A DNA stretch of 64,000 bases from Orbicella franksi (lineage: Eukaryota): contig OZ116701.1 in the NCBI GenBank assembly GCA_964199315.1, positions 29,946,001 through 30,010,000 on the forward strand. The letters run 5' to 3'. Below the pieces are notes generated by a model. It saw only the letters and a list, made by a program, of their open reading frames with translations, was not told the DNA's origin and did no database searches. A program made the position numbers and the translations under genes. Below, one piece after another: positions 50,265 to 64,000 of the stretch. Position 1 is the first letter of the stretch, and each line of letters begins with the position of its first letter.

Positions 50265-50284
50265 TTTATTTTATAAGGTTTATT
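50265..50284 (-). terminator. Candidate polyadenylation signals of the EML5/6 gene
   Basis: Two AATAAA hexamers on the minus strand (plus-strand tttatt) about 0.9 kb after the stop codon. Confidence 0.35.
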
Positions 50285-51169
50285 GTAACCTCAATGGCAA
50301 GTTGTTGTCTTTTTTCTTACTCACAGTATGACCATTTCTCTTCGCCACTTAAATAAAATACATCAAAAGACACCTTAGTTCGCTATCAATATGTTATCAC
50401 CTTTGTGCGGAGATGCGCCTAAATGAATTAACTATGTCTAGTTATTTGAGCGAACAGAGTAATTTTTACGCTTTCGTGCGCGCTTGAGGTAAGCACGGCA
50501 CGCGCGATCACAGGTGATCGCGTGCGAAAACGCGCGATTTGGAGAAGTGCGAGTCAGCCAAAACCCATACTTCACAAGCGCGCGAAAACTCATCGAAAAA
50601 AAATTAACTTTGTTGCTCAGACTATTCTGATTTTATCTTTGTAACTTGAATTCTGAGCCGCGCTTTGCTCAACATTTCTTTCTTGTTTTCTTAAATTCGA
50701 TAAAAAGAGAAAACAACCGGGACCAGGGTACTCGTTCAGAGCTTCCTAAATTCAATAAATAACGGTTAATATAGACTTTTAAAGAATTTCCTCGCATGTC
50801 AGAGAGACAGAGGTACTGACAACAGATCTACTCTTTTCCTGTTAACAGCCAGGGCTCCAAAAACTGCTTCTTGCCAAATCTCCGAAGACGTGTTCGCAGT
50901 TTCCGGATTTTTGTTGTCAAATCCGAAAACAGCACGAACACTCAAGGCCGCGACAGCTGTTACGTCAACTTCCAATACGCCGCTGATGAACAACGCGGGC
51001 CCAATAATTCTCGTAGGAGTCATTTCAAATACAATATTCTCGCTCTCCCGTCTGTCAACGTTACAAGGACATTCGTTTCACTTTTTCAGGGGACTCTTCC
51101 ACGAATTGTATTATTCCATTACTTTTCCTTGTCCAATCCAATGATTTTAACGAATCCTATTACGCGTAA

Positions 51170-51194
51170 TCATATACATTTCCAAACGAAGACG
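51170..51194 (-). CDS. EML6: EML5/6 terminal coding exon
   Basis: ctcttgcag acceptor; (C)VFVWKCI* with TGA at 51172-51170 (EML6 ends VFVWRCL). Confidence 0.88.
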
Positions 51195-51286
51195 CTGCAA
51201 GAGAAAAGCAACAGAAAAATGTTAAGGAAGTTGTGTGCACTAGGGTGTGTAACGGCCAGTTAGGGGAAAAAAATTTGCCTTACTTA

Positions 51287-51436
<150 letters not shown>

Positions 51437-51521
51437 CTAGCAATAAAAAGAGCTTAACTCGTAAATTAAACATCTACAGAATAATAACCTAGAATTGGTT
51501 CATTTGATAGGAGGCCTTCAT

Positions 51522-51692
51522 TAGACCATATTCGTATTCCCGGTATTAGACTGGAACTAGCTTGCTATAGAGGCTCATGCGGGGAATATCACTAAAAAGA
51601 AATTAATGTCATTTGCATTTGAAAAGACTCCTCGCATTAGCCTCAGTTGCAAGCTAGTTCCAGTCCAATACCGAGAATACGAACATGGTCTA
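51522..51692. mobile_element. MITE with ~45-bp TIRs
   Basis: tagaccatattcgtattcccggtattagactggaactagcttgc / gcaagctagttccagtccaataccgagaatacgaacatggtcta. Confidence 0.88.
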
Positions 51693-51753
51693 TTCGAAAG
51701 AAAGGTGCTAAATCAAATCATCAATGAATCTTACGTTTCAAGAATTTTACCTA

Positions 51754-51972
<219 letters not shown>

Positions 51973-52051
51973 TTAAAAGTAATATTCCCCTTGAAAGACA
52001 CTGAAAATAAAAGAAAAGAAGAAAGCATTGATGAAACCTTTTGGACAGGCA

Positions 52052-52109
52052 CTCTTGGACTCGTCACGCAATCTTTCCGGAGAGGACATTGCGTGACGAG
52101 TCCAAAGAG
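52052..52109. repeat. Palindromic mini-MITE (perfect 18-bp stem)
   Basis: ttggactcgtcacgcaat (52055-52072) / attgcgtgacgagtccaa (52088-52105). Confidence 0.85.
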
Positions 52110-52139
52110 TGTCCAAAGCTAGAGAATAAAACCACTTAC

Positions 52140-52243
52140 CTAGTCCAAGACGCCCACGTGATTCTGTTGATTTCTTTCCTGTTTTTCAAAGGGTTTCCAC
52201 CAGGAACAGTAAACACCAGCCGGTCATAAGCACCCGTGGACAC
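52140..52243 (-). CDS. EML6: EML5/6 exon
   Basis: VSTGAYDRLVFTVPGGNPLKNRKEINRITWASWTS. Confidence 0.9.
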
Positions 52244-52319
52244 CTTAACAAATAAAGAAAAGTTCATAATATCGCTTTAAAAAAGACGAATTGAGTTTCC
52301 TGTGCTTTAACAATAGCTA

Positions 52320-52625
<306 letters not shown>

Positions 52626-52749
52626 CTAACGACGGTTTGCAAACAGGCTTTAGAACCCACTGTCCTCTGTTTCCAAAGTTGAAACTAACGAGGACGCTAG
52701 TGTGAAATCAAATCGTGTCTAGATTATTAGGCGCATTCTCGCATTTTCG

Positions 52750-52897
52750 GTGAGCCCAGATTATTTAGGGCGCAGAGCTTAAAATCTGGAAGTCCTTGGT
52801 TCAAGTTCCTCACTCTGCCACTAGCTGACTTGTTCTCGGTAGTCAAGAGTTAAACTCCACGGCCTTGCGTATTAAATAGCTAACTGGCCAAGCTACC
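52750..52897 (+). mobile_element. Degenerate tRNA-derived SINE (family of 32963)
   Basis: tagggcgc..gcttaaaatctggaagtccttggttcaagtt...actagctg..ttgttctcggtagtc.agagtt.aactcc.cggcc. Confidence 0.7.
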
Positions 52898-53044
52898 ATA
52901 AGTCGTCTAAGTTGAGATTCATAACTAGTATACTGCTCAACTTTTAATCTTTGATCGTTGATTTACAACGTCCGCAAGAAGTATCAAGTGCTAAATTCAC
53001 CAACAGTTAAAGGAAGTGTTATCTTGATACAGCGACTTGCTCAC

Positions 53045-53217
53045 CTGACATCCTGGATAGCTTGGTGTCGATCACGCTTCTGCGCCACCATCTTCAGGTC
53101 AGCGGTTTTAAGAACAACAAAGGCGCCATTTTTGAGACCGACAGCAAGCAGTTCACCATCTGGAGAGAAGGCAGCTGACCGAGCGGCCACGCCAAGAGGG
53201 GCCATCTTAACCATTGT
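53045..53217 (-). CDS. EML6: EML5/6 exon
   Basis: TMVKMAPLGVAARSAAFSPDGELLAVGLKNG...KRDRHQAIQDVR. Confidence 0.92.
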
Positions 53218-53296
53218 CTACAAAAAAAGAGAGAGAAGGAATCGAAATGGAGATCCGCATTTGGCTTAAGATGCAACCCGTAAACCGACAACTTGG

Positions 53297-53397
53297 TAGC
53301 CTCCCACGCAGACGATTTTAGGGCTCGTCACGCAATCTTCCTTCTACCATCATTGCGTGGGGGAGGAAGATTGCGTAACGAGCCCTAGAAAGCTAAC
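53297..53397. repeat. Palindromic mini-MITE related to 52052
   Basis: tagggctcgtcacgcaatcttcct (53319-53342) / aggaagattgcgtaacgagcccta (53364-53387), 23/24 complementary. Confidence 0.85.
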
Positions 53398-53491
53398 AGC
53401 TTGTGAAAAAGACGCATTCAGTCACGACAAGTACACACGCTAGAACACATCACCGGCCAATCGTGTTTATCATAACAAAAATCGTGTTTAC

Positions 53492-53611
53492 CTTACTAGC
53501 CACGTCCCACAGTCTGACAGTCTGGTCATCACTAGCTGTCACAAACACTTCTCTCTCTGGGTGACAGTCTAAACCCCAGATCTCGCCCTCACCATGGCCA
53601 CGGACGATGGT
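53492..53611 (-). CDS. EML6: EML5/6 exon
   Basis: TIVRGHGEGEIWGLDCHPEREVFVTASDDQTVRLWDVASK. Confidence 0.92.
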
Positions 53612-53847
53612 CTGGAACCAAAAGAGAGACGAAACAACTTAAGTGACGAGGGCTGGGCGACAATTTTGCCTAAATTCTCATCATCGGCTATCATTAGCGC
53701 GCGCTCAAACGCAAATTGTTAATTTTCAGTCATCTGCCTTTGAAACGAGAGCAAACCTCCCACAACTCATGAAAGTTTGTCTAGATTCAAACACGGTCAA
53801 AACACAAAGCAGAAGAACTGACAACAGAAATAAATGAAAACTCTTAC

Positions 53848-53916
53848 CTGAGACGAGGCAGTCTTTTCAGTGATCTCAATTATTTCACTGTCCTTGGTAC
53901 CTACAAGGATTTTACC
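53848..53916 (-). CDS. EML6: EML5/6 exon
   Basis: [23 protein letters not shown]. Confidence 0.9.
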
Positions 53917-54116
53917 CTAAAATGAAAAAAAATTACCGTCATTCTCCAACATTGGAGATTTTCGTGTAGTGCACAACCCAAACAAGAGCACAACGTCGTA
54001 ATATACGCGCGATAAAATTCTTGTCCCGTGTGAGGGAAGTCTGAGATTCGACGGACAGAAAATTTCCATTTACGATAATTCAAACCTTCCCTTCTCGTTT
54101 CAAGAAATCACATTTA

Positions 54117-54410
<294 letters not shown>

Positions 54411-54799
54411 TTAACATTAGAACCTTTTCCTCGACAGACGTCAACAAAGTTAAATAATCCCAATAATAACTATTTGAGAGGAACGTTTATGAGACGAACG
54501 CATCAGGATTCTAGTGTAGTTAGCGATGGCCAGTATTCAAGTGGGACCGAGGTGATCGCTTTTACGTTTGGCGTAGATTCCTCTGATAGGTTGCAAGAAT
54601 CCCACGTCAACTAGAAATTCCTTCGCAACGTTTCACCTTTTCTATTGCACTTCACGAGTTAAAATTCATTGCCTCTCATTCAATCTTTCACTTAAAAGAC
54701 ATACTCTAAAATAACTGGAAAACCTGAAGTTTCACTAACAAACCCAACGAAACAGTTCAGTGCTATAGATTTAAGTAATATAACAAACCTTAAAGAGGA

Positions 54800-55030
54800 T
54801 GTTTGACCACATTTCCAAACACCGAGAGGAGAGTTAAAAATACGACGCGCAGCGGAGTATTTTTAACGAACTTCGGGGTGTTAGGAAATGTGGTCAAACA
54901 CTGTCTTGAGTGTTTGATATATCTTCTCAATCGAAACTAAAACTAAGGAGACAATTGAGAATTAAAATCGTAAAAATCTATGCTCATTAGGATCAGATAT
55001 CCAAACACCGTCACGGTCATGATTTCCTTT
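54800..55030. mobile_element. Hairpin-bearing dispersed repeat (related fragment ~58870-59040)
   Basis: ~44-bp arms 54800-54843 and 54857-54900 around the loop gacgcgcagcgga. Confidence 0.75.
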
Positions 55031-55070
55031 GTTAAAACTTGATGAATTATTAATGAGTTTAAGAAGTTCA

Positions 55071-55283
<213 letters not shown>

Positions 55284-55647
55284 TCACTGGTGAATAAGTT
55301 GTTCAGCAAATGAAACTGTGAATGATTATTTAACCACATAACACGCACAAGCTCTCAAGGAAACGTTATTAAAAACACGTGCGTCCAAATCGAATTGGAA
55401 TTTGGTGGAAAAGTCAGGATATAACTGCGGACCTTTTCGTTTAGTACCTCGCAATAATCTATACCAGTTCAGTTCGGTCTTTTGAAAGTGTATCACAAAA
55501 CTGTCCATAATGAGGAAATGTAACATTTCTCAGTCTCAGTACTATGGCCTTTTGTCGGCAATGCCATGTCAGTGGAAGACTACAAGTAATTATCATTATG
55601 TAATCAAAAACAAGAAATGTTGTTGTTACTAAACTTCACGTATTTGT

Positions 55648-56060
55648 ATAGGTAATCACACGGTTTCGAGTTCAATTTAGAATTAATTTGCACGAGTGTG
55701 TTTTTCAAAAGGCTGAAATTGAACGGGCCGCTTCGGCGCGTGCAATTTCACCTTTTTGAAAAACTCACAAGTGCAAATTAATACCAAATTGAACGAGAAA
55801 AACTGTATGAAGATCTTTCTTGAAGCCATATTTTCTCATTCATTCATTCACTTTTTTCAAAGTTTCCGCACAAAATTTTCTTCATCATTCCACGTGACAT
55901 CATTGGCTTAGAAAATTTGCTGTTGTCTTTCAGCCAATCATAATCCAGAATTAGGATGTGTAATTTGCACTGGTGTTACACTTTTTCCACTGATGTTACA
56001 CTTAAACTGCACTGCTCTCAGCCAATCAGAATCGAGTAATTTTTTCATGTATATTATTAT
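55648..56060. mobile_element. Dispersed repeat with a ~160-bp terminal palindrome
   Basis: Arms ttcaattt.gaattaatttgcac.agtg.gtttttcaaaagg.tgaaattg.acg and its reverse complement, around gccgcttcggc. Confidence 0.78.
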
Positions 56061-56377
56061 ACTTGTAATTGGCGAAATCAAGTGCAAAACACTAATTACA
56101 CAGTTATACTAACTTATGGTCAAAATGTTTCTGCTACTACCTAAGAGAAAAGACTATGAGTGCGGTATGGCAAACAAGAAGGTCAAAAAGTAGATTTCCT
56201 TCGATTTCAAGTTGGGCAAAATGATCTTTTACAGCTCAATACCTCAAAGCTCTCCTCTATAAAACGGCTAAGATGGCATTTTTGTCCCGATTATGTACTG
56301 ATCCATACATTTAACTTTTACAGCAAGCCTTTTAAAATGGTCTTACTACAACGGCCTGTCCGTTGCAGAGAAGTTTA

Positions 56378-56743
<366 letters not shown>

Positions 56744-57213
56744 TCACGCCGGCTGGCAGAAATTGATTTCAGTCCAACAATTCCCAGTACAAGAAGTAAC
56801 TTGTCGACTGATTTCCGACTTCCTTCAAAATGAATAACCGATTTTTGCATTGAATTGTTTCAATTATGGCCAGCTCAAGATAGAATGTATGCGGTTAAAG
56901 ATTCAGTTGCAGGATTTTCGGGAAGTTAACATTACGTAATTTAAAAACATTTGGATAAACACTTTTTCTAGCTTTTGAGTTTCCGAGAAGTAAGTCGTTA
57001 GAAAATTAACATCATAATTTCCTGACATGTGTACCTACCGAGAAAATGGTGTCCAAGATCCTTACATGGTTGATTTAGTAGTGCTCATGCATTTTTTTGA
57101 ACTATTCAAGTTTCTCTAGAAAGTTTTACCGATACTGCACTCGTTTCCCCAGCAAATCGAGTGTCTAAACGATTTGATTTTATTGGTCAATGTGTGATGA
57201 ATGCGCTATTTAC

Positions 57214-57412
57214 CTTCAGCCCATTTCCACACCGCAATGCTATGTGCAGCGTCAATGCCTACAGTTACAAGAAGCTTGCCATTACAGCTAAAGTTCACGG
57301 CACACACGCCTTTGGTGTGGAATCCTTGTATGACGGATAACGTCTCCTTGGACATGGCATCCCACACGTGAACACAAGGCTCTGTACCGATCTGACCAGT
57401 AGCTACAATGTT
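57214..57412 (-). CDS. EML6: EML5/6 exon
   Basis: NIVATGQIGTEPCVHVWDAMSKETLS...AVWKWAEG. Confidence 0.92.
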
Positions 57413-57723
57413 CTGCAGAACACAAAACAACTGAATGAAGAGGAAATCTGACTCCAACCCTTTCTGAACTTTATTACTATGAGAGAATCTTTGTTTACAA
57501 TATTTGCCTAATTATCAAAAGCGATACAGTTTCTGATGGAGCTACAAAAACATCATTTCTGAAAATTAAAAGGGCACAGCACGATAAACAGTCCTAAGGA
57601 ATTTGAGCCCGATGTAAAGAATACTTTTTGTGCGACGCGGGAAATTTTGCAGTTTTTTAAAACTAATTTCTCCTCGAATATTACACCCAAAGAGCCAAAA
57701 CGTTCACCAATTACTAAGTTTCA

Positions 57724-58221
<498 letters not shown>

Positions 58222-58513
58222 TTAGTTTGTGGTTGAGCTACAACTATACCAGGTCTGAATAAAAACTGAAATTCTAAAAAGAATTCGCGCTTTTGCCACC
58301 CAGAAGTTAGCCAGTTTCTGAAAGCTAACATCTAATTCAATATTACACCAAAAGGACTCGCACTTTCATCAATACTAAGTTTAAAACACTCGTATGTGGC
58401 AAGATCTAGAAGTTTTCTCTATGCAATTTGTACTTTCTCGAATTTTTTTTCCCTAAAATGACTAAGTGAAGCTGGGAATATAATTTTGTTGTCAATAAAT
58501 CAATTTGTATAAC

Positions 58514-58610
58514 CTGGATTTGTTGATTTCTTCTTTTCTTTCCCGAGTCCCTCTGCCGATCAAGCTGTCTGACTTTAGGAGGAGCTTTAGAGCCACGACT
58601 AACAGCAGGT
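58514..58610 (-). CDS. EML6: EML5/6 exon (linker)
   Basis: PAVSRGSKAPPKVRQLDRQRDSGKKRRNQQIQ; poly-T acceptor; phase 2 in, phase 0 out. Confidence 0.82.
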
Positions 58611-59134
58611 CTATCACCAAAAAAAAAAAAAAGAAAACATAATATTATTATTAAGAATCAAAAGAAATATGCAGTAATCTTGGCGAAAATGAGTCCAGCG
58701 TTAAACGAGAGTACTCAAACTGGTAAATCACTTGTCAAGTCAAAATAAAATTAAACTTAACCGTGGAGGTGTTTGAAAACGTGTTCTCAGAGCATTGGTT
58801 TTTGAGATTTTATTTCTGCGTCAGTTTTCGTCTTCGTTTAAGTTTTGATTGAGACGATACCTGAACCACTCCAGCCAGTGTTCTACTGTCACATTCCAAA
58901 TAAATTCCTCGAATTAGATTACGCTGTGCATCGTAATTTCAACTCTTTTCTTGACGTTTGGAAATGTGACGAGATACTGTCTCTCGTGTTTCACATTTTA
59001 CTTCAAGCTCGACGAGGGTTTTCTCTCGTTTGTGAGGCAGATGATGTAAACTCTCGCGTACTCTCAACTTTGCGCTGACAAGTAAAACAGGTCCTACAAA
59101 ACAGTTGACTACAATGCAAAGTATGACAACCAAC

Positions 59135-59463
59135 CTATGTTCCTCGTCATCTTGCTTCTCTCTAAGATGTGGTTTTACGCCTTTTGTAGTTCGAATCGGA
59201 TTTGCATAAATCTTATCCTCGTATGTCAGATTCTTTTCTTTCTGCACGTCACTGTCGTAGCCTCCCTCTTCCTCCGAGTCTGTGTCCGAATCATCACTGT
59301 CGCCACCAGTGTCTTCTCTTTCACGGCCCCGAGCATGTGACCACACCATGACTGACGTGTCGGCTCCTCCCACTGAAATCAAGCGGCTGTCGTCATTTGT
59401 CCAGCGGACATTTGTGACATGCGCAGAATGGCCGACATATTTCTTAAACTTGGCATTCTTGCC
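59135..59463 (-). CDS. EML6: EML5/6 exon (end of second TAPE domain plus acidic linker)
   Basis: [21 protein letters not shown]...[16 protein letters not shown]...[14 protein letters not shown]. Confidence 0.93.
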
Positions 59464-59624
59464 CTGGACAAGAAATTTAAATTGAGGCATTCTGTGATAA
59501 CAATTAATTTAAGTGTCATCCTGATGAAAGAACACTCGTGTTCACATTAAAAGGAAGTACTGAAATGAAAATTGAAGGTCACTGGTGCCTAACAACTGGT
59601 TATCCAACTTGTGTTTTCTGAATG

Positions 59625-60304
<680 letters not shown>

Positions 60305-60308
60305 CTAA

Positions 60309-60616
60309 AGACCCGACCACACTTACCCGTTTTCGTATGAAAACGCACACGTTTTGATGTGTTCTCGCCTTTCGTCCAGACCAAAACGCTCGAAAACGCT
60401 AATGAAAACGGAGGCTTTCGAAAACCGTTACAAAAGTGAAGCCTTTTGAAAACACATCGTTTTGAAAACGCTCCGTTCCTAGTGTGGAGTAGGTGAAAAC
60501 AAGGGCTTTTGAAAACGATGCCGAAAAAAGTGTCATATACTGTTAATCTGATCAGCGTTTTCGGTCGTTTTAGTGCAGACGATAAGAGACGAAATCGCAT
60601 TAGCCTGGTAACGGCC
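60309..60616. mobile_element. Degenerate PIF/Harbinger-type MITE (related subfamily)
   Basis: taa|agacccgaccacact ... acggcc|taa with internal gaaaacg repeats. Confidence 0.62.
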
Positions 60617-60678
60617 TAAACCATCCGGTATCCCAGAAAAGCGTGTCTAGAATATCAATTACGATCACTCACTACACA

Positions 60679-60843
60679 TAGTGTGTGACCGTTCAGCAAA
60701 TTCAACTAAAAGCTACTGAGCTGTACTTTCATGTGGCGCAGTATGCCGTGCAAGGTGGTTCTAACTTTTAAGTCTGTGGATGAAACCCTAGTGTGTGACC
60801 ATTCAAATGAAAGTTATTGAGCATTGCTTTCATGTCGTACTAT
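60679..60843. repeat. About 1.6 units of the same ~104-bp minisatellite as 28373-28860
   Basis: caaggtggttctaacttttaagtctgtggatgaaaccctagtgtgtgaccattcaaatgaaag. Confidence 0.88.
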
Positions 60844-61090
60844 ACGTTTTTCCATTTCTTAAAGGGAAAATACTTAATTTACAAATTTTTATGCTCTCGA
60901 TAGATCTAGGGTAAGATATCTAACAAAGTGAAGCACAGGGATTTCAAATTTAAAATCGAGATACTGACAATCTATACCAGCATGGCCGCATTTCAAATGT
61001 TTATAAGGGGAAATCTCTTTGCACCCTGATCGCGGGACTACTTTAGTTGAACACACACACTTCTTCCGCTCACTTGTAGATGAATAATTA

Positions 61091-61291
<201 letters not shown>

Positions 61292-61494
61292 TTAACAACT
61301 TACAAGGAAGTCGAGCAAAATCATAAGCCAGACTGCATGACATTACCACTTTCTTCTTTTCCGTAAAATCTTTTCTTTTGCTTTACTGTAATTTACTTCC
61401 ACGATCAACTACAAACGGCACGAAACAACCCAAACAACCGTGAACGATTTCGTCCCATCTCTGTAAACAGCTTTTAAAATGCGTTTATAAATTA

Positions 61495-61647
<153 letters not shown>

Positions 61648-62111
61648 TCACAACCCAAGAACATACAGCCTCCTGTTTGGTATCCATATGGTATCTATAT
61701 GGATTGCTGGTGCTACCTCTTCTTCCAGCAACAAGCCAGGAGCAACAAGAATAGGGGTGATACTCTATTTGCCTCAAAGATTATTTCCAGTCCGTACTGC
61801 GCAGTCTCATCACCCTAATGTTTGTAAGTCTCACTCGATGGAATGCTAATCCATGTTATTCTTTACCAACCGCTTACCTTAACTTTCTGGTATTTTCATT
61901 TCTCTTGTCTATAAACAGTTTCTTTGATTCTAGTAATTCAGACAGAACAAAGCATAAACCTTCGCATCCACGAAACTTGAAATTTTCTTCATATAACATG
62001 CTGCGAAATGTTACCTTTTGAGACCTCAAACCCTCGAGGGTGCACACTGCGGGCTGTAAAACATCTTTTCTTGCTCATGTAATAAAACGTTATTCTATTA
62101 CAGAAGCTTTA

Positions 62112-62375
<264 letters not shown>

Positions 62376-62432
62376 TTAATAGACCGCTAAATTGACATCT
62401 GTAAGGTAACAAGTAAGATATCCATAATGTAA

Positions 62433-62804
62433 GGCCCCATCCACACTACACTGGAGAAATTTTAAAACGGTGTTTCACTCCGAAAACGCATCAAATGTTT
62501 TCCGTCCACATTACGCCGGAGGAATTTGAAAATACAACAATCACCGGTCAATTTGGATTTATGTCTGAGGAAAACTCGGGTAAGGAAATCACATTATTAT
62601 CGTGATGTCACGGTTCTCGAAAAGCACCGTTTTTCAAAATGTTTTCCGTTCAAACTAATACGTAAACTAAAGCCGGCGTTTTTAAAATTTCTCTGGTTTG
62701 AAGAGCGCATTCGAAAAGCTCCGCTTTCGGTCGGAATTAGTGTGGACGGTAGGCCTAACCGTAAAAATAAAGCTGCGTTTCTCCGGCGTGGTGTGGACGC
62801 TTCC
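62433..62804. mobile_element. PIF/Harbinger-type MITE, full length
   Basis: taa|ggccccatccacactacactggagaaatt ... ctccggcgtggtgtggacgcttcc|taa; same family as 29842-30219. Confidence 0.88.
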
Positions 62805-62873
62805 TAAGATAAAATTAAAAAGTTCATGCTAATCTGAATAAAGAACATCAGGTACATACAGTCATTGAAGTAC

Positions 62874-62918
62874 CTGGATTAGAACAGTGATGGGTCCACT
62901 CTTATCTATTTCCATGAT
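62874..62918 (-). CDS. EML6: EML5/6 45-nt exon
   Basis: IMEIDKSGPITVLIQ (EML6 has ILEIDKSGPMTLLVQ). Confidence 0.88.
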
Positions 62919-63109
62919 CTGAAATTCAATTTAACAACAAAAAAAATGATTTAGCATTACATAATCTAACTTTCAAAACTAGTCACCCAACAGCGTTTTA
63001 TCCACAGAAAGTTAGAACCAGCTGCCTACAGAAAGGACGTTCTTAAAACACAAAACTGTGCTACTCGGTGACAAGACCATGTTGTAATGTCCAAATGGAG
63101 CAATTTTAG

Positions 63110-63332
63110 TCTAATTTTCAACCAAGTATCATAAAACCAAAATTCCACGCAAACACATGTAGCTGACGAGAAGCGCGGTAAAACGTGTGCGAATGTGTCA
63201 CGATTGGTTTTGGTTTTACTTCTGATTGGATGAAAAAGTGGCGCGAGTTGTTTAAGCCAATCGCGGAGCGTAGAAGTGCAAAACCAACGAAAATGCGAAT
63301 TACTTTGGATGCTCAAGTGAAAATCGCTATAA
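63110..63332. mobile_element. Second copy of the 30495 repeat family
   Basis: catgtagctgacgagaagcgcgg...gtcacgattggttttggttttacttctgattgg. Confidence 0.78.
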
Positions 63333-63371
63333 AAAGGCCTCACATTACTTCTTTTACCAAAAATAAGCTTA

Positions 63372-63629
<258 letters not shown>

Positions 63630-64000
63630 TCAAAAGAACGACTATGATGTAAAGAAACATTTGTCTGCATAATATTGAACATTTTACAAAGGGTGTGGTA
63701 ACTGTGCATAAGGCCAGGACAAGTAAGTAGTATTGCCTGGTAAAAGTTTCAATGGTACCAGAAAGTCTCCATACTTGAACCGTTCTTCATCACTAGTGAT
63801 TCACTTGGTTTTAATACCAGTCTCTCTACAGTTCATTTTCTTGTGGAATTATTTAATGAGCCCTAAGGCCATAAGGGAATGTAACTAATGCATTAATTTA
63901 TTTGTGCCTGTAAATTAACGATGCTTAACCTCATATGTTGTTCAATCATTTTTGTTGTTGTTGTTGTTTCGTCTTTTTTCTTTACTCTCCCTCTCTCACT

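Overview
Eukaryotic animal genomic DNA, about 36-40% GC by eye with GT-AG introns. The repeat repertoire resembles that of anthozoans or stony corals (inference). There are two intron-containing genes, arranged tail-to-tail. (1) Plus strand, 28184-47872: a complete 18-exon polycystin-1 family (PKD1-like) gene. All splice phases join into one frame of 7389 nt (2462 aa plus stop). Domain order: signal peptide - F5/8 type C (discoidin) - SEA - REJ - GAIN/GPS - TM1 - PLAT/LH2 - TM2-5 - polycystin TOP and channel domain (S1-S6) - coiled-coil/acidic tail. (2) Minus strand, 63578 down to 51170: the last 21 exons (1055 aa plus stop) of an EML5/EML6-type WD40/HELP microtubule-associated protein; its 5' half lies beyond the window. 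I could not identify any host exon in the first ~28 kb, only decayed retroelements: two Penelope-like GIY-YIG remnants, a Tx1/L1-like 3' end, a Gypsy pol scrap and a SINE fragment. The introns of both genes are packed with MITEs, SINEs, palindromic repeats and mini/microsatellites. The most interesting observations are a polycystin-1 with three candidate processing modes (MUC1-like SEA G|S site, furin sites, GPS HL|S), a PKD2-like pore with an altered IGGD filter, and hammerhead-ribozyme relics carried by Penelope elements, one just upstream of the polycystin gene. Exon boundaries were derived by hand; family assignments come from remembered motifs, not database searches.
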